A stretch of 64,000 nt of DNA from the NCBI RefSeq assembly GCF_009914755.1, contig NC_060930.1. One strand, given 5' to 3'. The stretch is from the human T2T-CHM13v2.0 reference genome, Homo sapiens. This document shows, one piece after another, positions 28,995 through 50,459 of the stretch (its first letter is position 1; each line of letters begins with the position of its first letter). Under the pieces are notes generated by a model. The model ran no database searches. It had not been told where the DNA came from and worked only from the letters and a program-made list of their open reading frames with translations. The position numbers and the translations under genes are program-made.

Positions 28995-29516
28995 AACTTC
29001 TTTTTCCTCCTTTTTTTGGACCTTTCTCTTTTTTTTTTCCCTTACCAGCAGCAGGAAAGCACCTAAGTATCTCGGGAGAGTTAAAGCAGCTGTTGTACTG
29101 TGTAGATGATTATTTCTGGATGTGTTAGTAACTTAGGTATTACTTGTATAGTGTTTTATAAAATTCCTGCACCCATCTCCTGTCATTCCTAGCATCATTT
29201 AAAATTAAATTTAGAAAGTTGAGGGATTAAAATTTCAAGATTGTTTGTATCACCGACTTCCAACTCAAAAACCTTAATTAGTTTTTCTGAGTTGAATATA
29301 CAAGGCCTTTCACAATATATAACCAATGTAGCTTGGCCTTCTTGATCTCCTATTGCCTTCTTTTTTTCCATTAGAAAGGGTTTATTGCCAATATATTATT
29401 CACATTTCTATTGTGTATTCTGATATTGCTCTTATTTATCCAGTTTCTACTATTCATTTAAGTGTCAGATCATCAAGTTTCTTTTCCGGGAAGCCCTCAG
29501 TGACCTTCCTGGCTCC

Positions 29517-35695
<6,179 letters not shown>

Positions 35696-36371
35696 GACTA
35701 CTCTTTTTAAAAGGAAATTTTATGTCCCTATTGTAAATGGAGAATGGTACAGGATAAAATAAATACGTAGTAAATTATATCTGGCTTTGTATCATTAAAA
35801 TGCTCTCATGTGCCACCGGTGGTATGATTACCACTTTGTGAGAAAAAAGACTATCACTGATATGCAAGGTTCTTTTCTGGCATTAACAGTTTATAAAGTT
35901 TCTTATCCTTTGTTCATATAATCAAGATTTCTTATTAGAGTTTTTTTCTTGTTGGCCTCCCTCATAGAAAAAAAAATTAAGGCTAATTTGATTTTAATAG
36001 TCAATTTGAACAGCCATTTTTATAGAAATTTGCTATCTTCATCTACCAGTAGATTAAAATTTTATGCTTTGATTTACATTTTTTAAAAGTTAGTATTTTT
36101 AATGGATATGATTTTTTGATGCTGAGCTGACTCAGAGGAAGAACTTCAAAACAGAAACATTAAATGTCTCAGTGAACTGAACACCAAAATACCAAAATAA
36201 AGTCATGAGATTAAATGCTTAAGGGGTGGGACCTTCAGACATTTTTCAGGAATCATTTTTTGTGCTTTTTTAGATAAGTATTGGAGCAAAACTGTTTAGA
36301 GTGCAGTTCTTTGTAACTGAATTTTGCAAGTATTTGTTTTGTTTTGTTAATAATTTAATATGTGCTTTTAG

Positions 36372-36474
36372 ATTTCTTCAGAGGCCCCACAGTATCAAAT
36401 ATCCGCCTGGCTGGATTAGAGTATGTTCTGCACTTCACTGCACTGAATGGGAAGATTTACTTTCGAAGCTATAA
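36372..36474 (+). CDS. RPF2: RPF2 exon 8 (FFRGPTVSNIRLAGLEYVLHFTALNGKIYFRSY+2 nt)
   Basis: cttttag acceptor, gtaagt donor, 103 nt. Confidence 0.96.
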
Positions 36475-36928
36475 GTAAGTGCATTTCTTCACATATTTTC
36501 TTAATCCTCAGGGTTAGTGTTTAAAACTGTGTGACTGTTTTTTAGAGCCCAAACTTAGAATTGGTATCTGGCCAAAAGGTTTCTTGGAGAGTTGGCAGGA
36601 TAGCAGTGACAGCAGCTCTGTGCTGATCCTCAGTCCTTTGCCTCTGAAACCCTACTTTTCCAGTGCCCCAGAGCATCTGATGCTGCACTGTCGCTGAGCC
36701 AGGTGCACCAACCCTTCCTAGCTTTATGCAGCATCTCTTTATTGTTCTTGGTTGGATTTACAGCACTAAGCCACAAATCCTTGGCTAGGCAAAGCAAATC
36801 TCAAAACCCTAAGTCTTAACAATTGAGTCTAAAAGGAATAAGAAGATTCAGTGGCTAGATTCATTTCACTCTGTCTCTCTAGCCTAGGCCTTCTACCCCT
36901 ACCACAATATAAATATAAATCTTAAGCA

Positions 36929-37262
<334 letters not shown>

Positions 37263-37290
37263 TTAATGACATGCTGTAATTGTGGTTCTT

Positions 37291-38862
37291 TTTTTTTTTT
37301 CTTTCTTTTTTTTTTTTTTAATTGATCATTCTTGGGTGTTTCTCGCAGAGGGGGATTTGGCAGGGTCATAGGGCAATAGTGGAGGGAAGGTCAGCAGATA
37401 AACAAGTGAACAAAGGTCTCTGGTTTTCCTAGGCAGAGGACCCTGCGGCCTTCCGCAGTGTTTGTGTCCCTGGGTACTTGAGATTAGGGAGTGGTGATGA
37501 CTCTTAACAAGCATGCTGCCTTCAAGCATCTGTTTAACAAAGCACATCTTGCACCGCCCTTAATCCATTTAACCCTGAGTGGACACAGCACATGTTTCAG
37601 AGAGCACCGGCTTGGGGGTAAGGTCATAGATCAACAGCATCCCAAGGCAGAAGAATTTTTCTTAGTATAGAACAAAATGGAGTCTCCTATGTCTACTTCT
37701 TTCTACACAGACACAGCAACAATCTGATTTCTCTATCTTTTCCCCACATTTCCCCCCTTTCCACTCGACAAAACCGCCATCGTCATCATGGCCCGTTCTC
37801 AATGAGCTGTTGGGTACACCTCCCAGACGGGGTGGCGGCCGGGTAGAGGGGCTCCTCACTTCCCAGAAGGGGTGGCCGGGCAGAGGCGCCCCCAACCTCC
37901 CGGACGGGGCGGCGGCTGGGCGGAGGCGCCCCCACCTCCCTCCCGGATGGGGCGGCTGGCCGGGCGGGGGCTGCCCCCCGCCTCCCTCCTGGACGGGGCG
38001 GCTGCCAGGCGGAGACGCTCCTCACTTCCCAGACGGGGCGGCTGCCGGATGGGGGGGCTCCTCACTTCTCAGACGGGGCGGCTGCCGGGCGGAGGGGCTC
38101 CTCACTTCTCAGATGGGGCGGCTGCCGGGCGGAGGGGCTCCTCACTTCTTAGACGGGGCGGCCGGGCAGAGACGCTCCTCACCTCCCAGATGGGGTCGCG
38201 GCCGGGCAGAGGCGCTCCTCACATCCCAGACGGGGCGGCAGGGCAGAGGCGCTCCCCACATCTCAGACGATGGGCGGCCGGGCAGAGACACTCCTCACTT
38301 CCTAGACGGGATGGCGGCCGGGAAGAGGCGCTCCTCACTTCCCAGACTGGGCAGCCGGGCAGAGGGGCTCCTCACATCCCAGACGATGGGCAGCCAGGCA
38401 GAGACGCTCCTCACTTCCCAGACGGGGTGGCGGCCAGGCAGAGGCTGCAATCTTGGCACTTTGGGAGGCCAAGGCAGGCGGCTGGGAGGTGGAGGTTGTA
38501 GCTAGCCGAGATCACGCCACTGCACTCCAGCCTGGGCAACATTGAGCACTGAGTGAACGAGACTCCGTCTGCAATCCCGGCACCTCTGGAGGCCGAGGCT
38601 GGCAGATCACTCGCGGTTAGGAGCTGGAGACCAGCCTGGCCAACACAGTGAAACCCCGTCCCCACCAAAAAAATACGAAAACCAGTCAGGCGTGGCGGCG
38701 CGCGCCTGCAGTCGCAGGCACTCGGCAGGCTGAGGCAGGAGAATCAGGCAGGGAGGTTGCAGTGAGCGGAGATGGCAGCAGTACAGTCCAGCTTCGGCTC
38801 GGCATCAGGGGGAGACCGGGGAGGGGGAGGGGGAGGGAGAGGGAGAGGGAGAGGGAGAGGGC
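37291..38862 (-). mobile_element. Full-length SVA retrotransposon (older B/C-like subfamily)
   Basis: Poly-T tail, SINE-R, GC-rich VNTR, Alu-like domain, (CCCTCT)4(CCCTCC)3 head; 13-bp TSD aattgtggttctt at 37278-37290 and 38863-38875. Confidence 0.97.
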
Positions 38863-39502
38863 AATTGTGGTTCTTGAGATAAGTGTGTGACTTCTCTTTT
38901 TTAAGGCGTTGGTACTGGCTGACAGAGCCCACAGTTTCCTAAAGAATACACTGACTCCCACAAATTGCCTTTCTCTGTACATTGAGTTTAGACTTTGCTG
39001 TACATTTTGAGCTATGGTGTGGCTGGTGTTGCAGCCTGAGAGCTGACAGCTTGGTGTTGACAGTGTCTTCTGTACAGTAGTGTTGTTTGTCCAACCATTT
39101 GTATCTAGCATTTTGTACATCGTTTTTATTTTGTTTTCTTCACAATGAAAATACATGACTGACCAGCTTTATGTCCTATGAATGTCCAAATGAAACTTAA
39201 ATATTCACCTCTTAGCTGATAATTTCCATCTTGGGCTCAACTGTATTAAATCAGAGACATTTAGTTCTTTTTCTCCATATAATTAATACCACCGCTTCTG
39301 TTTTTCTGTTTTCCTCTCACTAAAAATAAATGAGGCAAAATGCAGTAAAATACCCAATGATCATAAGATGTAATTAGAGACTTTATAGTAATTTTTAGCT
39401 GGTTAAGATCGAAAGCCCCTTAAGTCTCCTGTTTGAGTTTCCATATGTGATTTGGGAGCTTCTAAGTATGTATTATACTATACAGTAGATGACTGTTATT
39501 TA

Positions 39503-41815
<2,313 letters not shown>

Positions 41816-43483
41816 AACTAGCAGTGTAACTATAATACATAGATCCACCAAAAATCTGATTGCTAGAATCACCTTTACACTAGCACGACATCTTTCATAA
41901 TGAAAAAAAGTTTGAAATTTTAAAATCAGAGACCCTAGTATGTAATTTTGATCACTAGATGTTCCATATGTGCCTTGTAATACTTGTTAGCTATTAATTT
42001 GAAATAAAAAATGGACACTGTGATTGAGAGTGAGCTGCTACTTGAAAGAATCACTAAACATGTGGATCAGCTTAGCTTCCAGAGGCTGTGCCACACTTGG
42101 GGAGCATTGAGGATGGGAGGAAGGGGTGGTCCAGGGATTCAGCATCACCTCTGAGCCTACTGACCTGGCTCTGAGCTGGGCTCAGCCACGTGACATGGGC
42201 AGGTCACCACTTCTCAGGGTCTTTGTTTCTTCCTCTGTAAACTATAGCAATACCATTTAGATAATTCTGAGGTCCCCCTAAGATTGACAGTACTGCTTTA
42301 TAAGAGTAAAGGGGTACTCATAGATGGGCATATACCAGAAAGTATGTCTGACTTAACTTGGCTCCCCAGGCATTCTTTGGGCTAGCTATACTGTGGAACC
42401 CTTTCCCTCGCTCTTACTGCAAATTAGCCCTTATGCAATTTGAAAATGGTAATATTTAATATTCACACACTTTATTTGTGAAGATAAATGAGGTTTATAA
42501 AATGGTTTTGAGCTTTTTGGATGAAAGGAACTCTAAACAGGAAATTATATTAATATAACCTTTAACATGATCTTTTGGGTGAATAAATCATAGTGTTATT
42601 GACCACTGTTCCTATACATCCTATAGTAATTATTCCTTGTATGTGAGTGACTATTTATATCCGTTGGGAAATTTTATTCACTATGGAGTCAGAGCCATTA
42701 ATATGAAACAAAATCGTTAGTAATGCCACATGTGCCTTTGCACAATGGTTAGGCCTTATGGGGGGAAATATGCAAAACAAAGTGGTAGCATACTTTGAAA
42801 AGCAAACATAACATTCTAATTGAGGAGTTTACTTAATGAAAACAGACTTTCAGCCAGAGAAGTGTATGAGAGGGAGAAAAATGAGGAAATTACAATTTGA
42901 ACAGTAGTGGTAATGTCACTCTTCCTCAAGAAATAGACAAATAATATTTAAAAATATGTAGAAATTACCAGTTAGCATATCTACCAGCTTGAGCCCATCT
43001 GAGAGAGAAAGAACTGGGTTCTGTTTGCAGATAACTAAAAGCTAGAGAATATTTCCTTAAATCAGTTTGATCTTCCAGTAAACATACTCACTGAAATGAT
43101 TAAGATCAGATCATCTACACAGAAAAGTATGACATTGTACTTAATTCTTTAATGAAATAACAACATAGGTAATTATACATAGTTATTTGGAAATCTTAAT
43201 TTTATGTACCACTCAAAAAATTCATTAGGACGCTTGTGAATAAAAAGGCACAATATTAAATTATTATATGCACCCTGAAACTATGTACATCTATTATGCA
43301 TCAATTTTAAAAATTATTTTTAGTTAATTAAAAGGTGCTTCAGTTAATTAAAAGGTGCTTTTGGCAGTGTATAGTAGTACTTGGGTGATTTGAATCTATC
43401 GGATATGCCATGAGCTGTTTTGAATTGACAAGTTTTCTAACTAGCTGAAAATTAGCAGTTTTAAGTGGAAGAAAAAATTTTAG

Positions 43484-43952
<469 letters not shown>

Positions 43953-44324
43953 TAAGGAAGTTAGTAAATGTCTGTGCTATGAGGAAAAGTTGATTCTGAA
44001 TGGGTTGGTTTAACTCCTACAGTCTTAGATAAGAACTTGTTAATCGTATAAACATACTGTTTCAAAGAAAAAGCCAATTATAATTACTTTTATACATACA
44101 TAAATCTATGAGTAAGATGAAGAAGTCAAATCAAAGGATTTTATTTCATTTCTGAGAATAATTTTGTATCTCACTTGCTGTTTCTCAATAATATTGTATA
44201 ATTTTATTTCTGATTTTTAAAAATAAGCAAACTGCCCTTGACCTCAAAGAGAAAAAAAAAATTTTTAATTTGATATTTGTGTGACCCTTTAGCTCAAAAA
44301 GGGATAAAAGACTTATAAAGAAAA

Positions 44325-44673
<349 letters not shown>

Positions 44674-44800
44674 TTAAGTAAGTCTTTCTAAACATTTTAT
44701 ATCATTTAATGGAATTGTAAATCCCCTGAACAAAAAATATTTGGTGGAGAGGACTTTTATGAAAGTCAAAGCAACATTTCTTTTTACCTATTTCCTAAAG

Positions 44801-44945
44801 GTTGCTGTTGAAGAAATCTGGTTGCAGAACACCACGGATTGAATTGGAAGAGATGGGACCCTCATTGGATCTGGTTCTGAGGAGGACACACCTGGCATCG
44901 GATGACCTTTATAAATTATCTATGAAAATGCCAAAAGCTCTCAAG
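44801..44945 (+). CDS. RPF2: RPF2 exon 9 (LLLKKSGCRTPRIELEEMGPSLDLVLRRTHLASDDLYKLSMKMPKALK)
   Basis: ttcctaaag acceptor, AAG|gtatat donor, 145 nt; Brix ExGP motif (EEMGPSLDL). Confidence 0.96.
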
Positions 44946-45049
44946 GTATATAACTTAGAGCTTGGTACCACATTTATTTGTATTTTCTACTTTAATCCTT
45001 TTTCTTTCCAAAAAGAATTTGTGGCATATTATATTAAAAGACAAGGACA

Positions 45050-45698
<649 letters not shown>

Positions 45699-45739
45699 CT
45701 ATTTTCTTGATGTGTGACAGTGGTTAGTGTAGTTTATAG

Positions 45740-45880
45740 TTTTGTTTTTCAAAGTGTGGCCTGACAGTTTACCTGGGAATTGTGCAGAATATCAGGCCCT
45801 ACCCTAGACATACTGAATTAGGATCTGTATTTTAGCAAGATCCCAAGTGATTTGTATGCACACTTAAGTTTGAGAAGAAA
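45740..45880. mobile_element. MER5-like hAT fragment
   Basis: tttcaaagtgtgg...caggccctaccctagac...gtgatttgtatgcacacttaagtttgagaa. Confidence 0.6.
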
Positions 45881-46020
45881 AGTGTATAGGGCTATATACT
45901 GTGTCACTGAAGGGGCAGGCACTAATGGAAATTGCTACTAAGATAGTTGTTACAGACTAGATTTTTACTGGCTCATTATAGTAGAAGGCCATTAAATATA
46001 TACATATTCTTTTATCGTAG

Positions 46021-46200
46021 CCAAAGAAGAAGAAAAATATTTCCCATGATACTTTTGGTACAACTTATGGAAGGATTCATATGCAGAAGCAAGACCTAAG
46101 CAAACTACAAACCAGGAAAATGAAGGGGTTGAAGAAGCGACCTGCAGAAAGGATAACAGAAGACCACGAGAAAAAGTCAAAAAGAATTAAAAAAAATTGA
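46021..46200 (+). CDS. RPF2: RPF2 exon 10 coding part (PKKKKNISHDTFGTTYGRIHMQKQDLSKLQTRKMKGLKKRPAERITEDHEKKSKRIKKN*)
   Basis: ttttatcgtag acceptor; 180 nt ending TGA; total CDS 921 nt. Confidence 0.96.
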   Translation, partial: PKKKKNISHDTFGTTYGRIHMQKQDLSKLQTRKMKGLKKRPAERITEDHEKKSKRIKKN

Positions 46201-48018
46201 TGGAACTTAGCCAGCCACTACTGTTTCATTGTGTTCTACTTAAGAGAATTATCAAGCGTCAATCCATTCAGAGTTTCTTATAAGATCTTATTATATATTT
46301 TTATAACATGATAATTTTACGATATATTATTATGAACAGTAATATACTAGTATTAAGTGTAAAGTAAGCCTTTTATTTGAGACATTACACCCTGGTGTGC
46401 CATTTTCTCTTGTGATATCCCCTGCCCTCCACAAATTCTTCTTTCTCATTGGGTGGATGGATGGGTGAGGAGGGATCTCCATAACCATTGGGATTTTTTT
46501 GAATTTCTGGCCTTAGCTAAAGAAAGCCACAGAAAGCCGGACCCGCAGGAGCTGTGTAAACAATCTCAGTATGAATTACCTGGAAAGTTAACCTCCTCTC
46601 CCAACATGGATCTACATTCTGATTTTTATTTTCTACTTTTATTTTGCCTGAAATCCTACTCGTTGACATTTGAGATTTTAAGCTTTGTGGCTGAAAATAT
46701 ATAGATCTCTGAGAGGGATGTCTGCTATCTGATTATTGATAAATTACACTACTGTTGATTGTTTTAAGAGACTCTACTACTAAGTAGAGCCCACCCCGCT
46801 TCTCTGAGACGAAACCTGTGTTTTTTGGTTGGTTTGTTTTTAAGAGATGGGGTCTTGTTCTGTCACCTAGGGTGGAGTGCAGTGGCACAATCACAGCTCA
46901 CTGCAGCCCTGAACTCCTGGGCTCAAGTAATCCTCCTGCCTGAGCCTCTTACGTAGCTGGGATTACAGGCATGAGCCACTGAGCCCTACTTTTTTTTTTT
47001 AAAGCAATGAGGTCTTGCTGTGTTGCCCAGGCTGGACTCAAATTCCTGGGCTCAAGTGATCCTCCCACTTCACCTTCCTGAGCAGCCGGAACTACAGATG
47101 TTGGTCCACTGCACCTGGCAGAAAAGAAGTTTTGATAGGGGCAGAAATGAAAAAGGAGAAAACAGGTGAGTTTTAAGGTGCAGGGCACTTTAGGGTACTG
47201 GGTAGCCCTAGGTAGCTAAAGGTTGCATGAAGGCCCTGGGCGTTTGCAGATGGTGTAGAAGCCAGCCAAAGCCTAACTACTTGTTTTGAAAGTTTCTTGA
47301 AGACAGGCCTTGTGCCTAGGAAAACAGAAGCTTTCTTCTTCCTTCTACTAGTATTGCATACTTGTTTTTCTGGAATAGGGTGTTAAGTTCCTTGATTCAG
47401 TCCTTGACAAGGAATCTCCTTTATACAAGTGCCAGTAATGTTGTAAAGGTACAGACATACGCAAATCATAATTTGTTACATGAAGTACCAGTGCTTTCTT
47501 TTTTGTTGTTTTTTGAGACAGAGTCTCGCTCTGTCGCTCAGGCTGGAGTGCAGTGGCGCGATTTCAGTTCACTGCAACCTCCACCTCCCAGGTTCAAGCA
47601 TTCTTCTGCCTCAGCCTCCCGAGTAGCTGGGATTACAGGCACCCACCACCACGCCTGGCTGATTTTTTGTAGAGACAGGGTTTCACTTCAATTCCATGTT
47701 AGAGAGCTCCGTGCCTGTGTATACATGCCTTTATGTAAGCTTGCTCAGCTACAGATCAACAATGCTGGCACTAAGCAAAAGTTCGAGCCTCAGCTTTACC
47801 TTCTACCCTTTCCCTTCTCTTTTGAATCCATTCCTTAGCTTTCCCTAGTCCTCTCCGGATAGCTGTTACTCTCCTCTTGCCAGAAAAATGAAGGAGCTGG
47901 TATCATTTATACTTTTTGTTTGATTATACGTTTAACCAAAGACCATACAGTCTCGTACCTGAATCAGACATTTGCACTTTATATCTAAATGAGAAGAAGG
48001 GGCTCAGATAAGTCGTTT

Positions 48019-48033
48019 GCTGCCATCTGGAGG
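48019..48033 (-). promoter_or_regulatory. Candidate CTCF site CCTCCAGATGGCAGC
   Basis: Near-consensus core on the minus strand. Confidence 0.5.
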
Positions 48034-48859
48034 TAGATGGACAATAGCTGAGAAGGGGAGCCATGAAAAGAACATCAGGAGTGATGGACGCATAGTCCTT
48101 CCCCAAAGCCTCGCTCATCACTGGTAGGAGGCAAAGCAGTGGGTCCTCCTCACCAGCCGCTTACGGGACCCTGCCATGCCTGGACCCCTCTATCAGGAAG
48201 ACCTACCCCAGCACTACTGGAAAATCAGCCAATCTTAACCCAAAGATGGCCATGATTTCTGTATGTGAGACGTCTTAAGGGTGTTTTTGTTTGTTTTAAT
48301 CAGCCCTCTTGTTTGAGATTTGGCAATACATTTCTGTTTTCTAGGTAATTTCTGTGTCTGATGGTAGAGGATCTAATAAGTATTGGAATGCTTCCTATTT
48401 GCTGATAGAAGTACCAAATAGTATTATTGAAGTCTAACAAAGACTTTTTGTTGAGAACACCTTGTAGTGTTGTACTATCTGGAACTCTTGAGCTGCCATT
48501 TATATCACTTTTTGTGGAGAGCACATCTTGATTTTCAGTTGTCCTTACTTTAGAATACAACACACATAAATTGGAGACTATGTATTCATTTCAATGGAGG
48601 TGGTAAATTGCCTGTTTTAAGTTTTACTTAATGTTGGGTTTTGGTAGATGAGGAAAGCATTTTGGTTATTTGTTTTGTTTTAAATACCAAATTTCTTATA
48701 TTTTTTCTGGAATATTAATACTATTACCAAGCTATTATTTCATGGAATTTGGGTTTCTTTTTTTTTGTTTTTTTAAAATTAAGTGCTGTTTGTTTTCTTG
48801 GTTATTGAACATAATCCAAAGTAGAGATGTTATTACTCAATTCAAGAAAAGAAAGGGCT

Positions 48860-48865
48860 AATAAA
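48860..48865 (+). terminator. Polyadenylation signal AATAAA
   Basis: U-rich upstream and downstream context. Confidence 0.6.
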
Positions 48866-49497
48866 ACTTAACTTCAAGTCAGTTTTCATTTATCTGATTA
48901 GCTACTTACATGATCTCTCCTTCCTTTCCTTTTTATGTCTAGCTACTTAAGGCTAAAAATGGAAGGCTTCAAAATGGAAGAAGTTAAAACTACTAAACCC
49001 ATTGCTAAGATCCGAACAACAAAGGAAGGTTTGCTTTTATTGAATTTCAGAAATTGGTGCTTTGTCCACCATAAAATTAAGAGACAGTGCAAAAAATACG
49101 AGCTTCATTATGTTTTTAATGCACTTTTACTTAGAAATAGTCAAAACATAACTGCATTTAAGACAAATGCATCCTAGCGTATATACATTATGAAATTGTA
49201 GAGAATACTGTTTGATATTCATTGAAAGAAGCTATTCTGAAAAAGAAGATGAAATGGGCTTGCTTACTTGAGGTATATGCTAGCTGTGAAAAGAAAGTCA
49301 GCTTGCATTTAGATGTTGTTTGTCTCTCATATCAACAACTCGAGTTGCTCAAGTTTAAAAACAGCAAGGATGTCATTGTGTTTCTCGTATCATTCAGAGT
49401 GTGCCAGTTAGACCATGTTAGGAATTTTAACTTTGCCATCATTGAATTGAAGCTATTCTGCACTCTTTTTCCATTTCAGAGCTCTCTGGAAAAAAGT

Positions 49498-50459
49498 TTT
49501 TATTATTATTTTTTTGGAGACAGAGTCTTGCTCTGTCGCCCAGGCTGGAATGCAGTGATGCGATCTCAGTTCACTGCAAGTGCCGCCTCCTGAGTTTAAG
49601 CGATTCTCGTGCCTCAGCCTCCCGAGTAGCTGGGATTACAGGCATGCGCACTGCGCCCAGCTAATTTTTAGTAGAGACAGGGTCTCGCCATGTTGGCCAG
49701 GCTGGTATTGAAGTCCTGATCTCAAGTGATCTGCCTGCCTCGGCCTCCCAAAGTGCTGGGATTACAGGCGTGTGCCACCGCACCCAGCTGAGAAAGTTTT
49801 TAAATATAGCATAAATACATTTTATGTATTAGAAATCAGGTGTCACTCTGTTGCACAGGCTGGGGTGCAGTGGTGCAGTCATAGCTCACTCCAGCATCAG
49901 ACTCTGGGCTCAAGGCATCCTCTCGCTTCAGCCTCCCAAGTAGTTGGGACCACAGGCAGGTGCCACGACAGCTGGGCTAGTTTTTTTTTTTTTGTAGAGA
50001 CGATGTTTCACTATGTTGCCCAGGCTGGTCTTGAACTCCTGGCCTCATGCAATATTCCCGCCTCAGCTTTCCAGAGCACTGAAATCACACGCGTGAGCCA
50101 CAGTGCCCAGCCCATAAATGCGTTTTAATTCTGTTCCTGTTTTTCCATTAAACTTCTGTCCTTTCTCGGCCGGGCGCGGTGGCTCACGCCTGTAATCCCA
50201 GCACTTTGGGAGGCTGAGGCGGGCGGATCATGAGGTCAGGAGATCGAGACCATCCTGGCTAACACGGTGAAACCCCGTCTCTACTAAAAAATAGAAAAAA
50301 TTAGCCGGGCATGGTGGCGGGCGCCTGTAGTCCCAGCTACTCGGGAGGCTGAGACTGGAGAATGGCGTGAACCCGGGAGGCAGAGATCGCGCCACTGCAC
50401 TCCACCCTGGGCGACAGAGCGAGACTCCGTCTCAAAAATAAAATAAAATAATAAAATAA
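49498..50459. mobile_element. Alus (49498-49788 -, 49830-50113 -, AluY 50168-50459 + with right-arm deletion, TSD taaacttctgtcctt)
   Basis: Alu matches. Confidence 0.88.

Larger units (their letters stand above)
46201..48885 (+). other. RPF2: Probable long 3' UTR of RPF2, containing minus-strand Alu fragments (46822-47118, 47495-47686)
   Basis: Follows the stop; first canonical AATAAA I could spot is at 48860. Confidence 0.55.

Noticed and set aside
37830-38440. Regularly spaced ctcctcacttcccagacgggg repeats resembling a CRISPR array
   Set aside because: SVA VNTR; spacers are related to each other and the DNA is primate
37326-38932. Longest ORFs in the track (231 aa, 209 aa) and neighbours
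   Set aside because: Stop-poor frames of the GC-rich SVA VNTR, SINE-R and Alu-like domains
45992-46180. 62-aa minus-strand ORF
   Set aside because: Antisense shadow of exon 10
48300-48563. 87-aa minus-strand ORF in the distal UTR-like block
   Set aside because: Non-ATG start, no recognisable homology or splice support
48000-48890. Processed pseudogene interpretation of the distal block
   Set aside because: No poly(A) tail or TSD after the AATAAA
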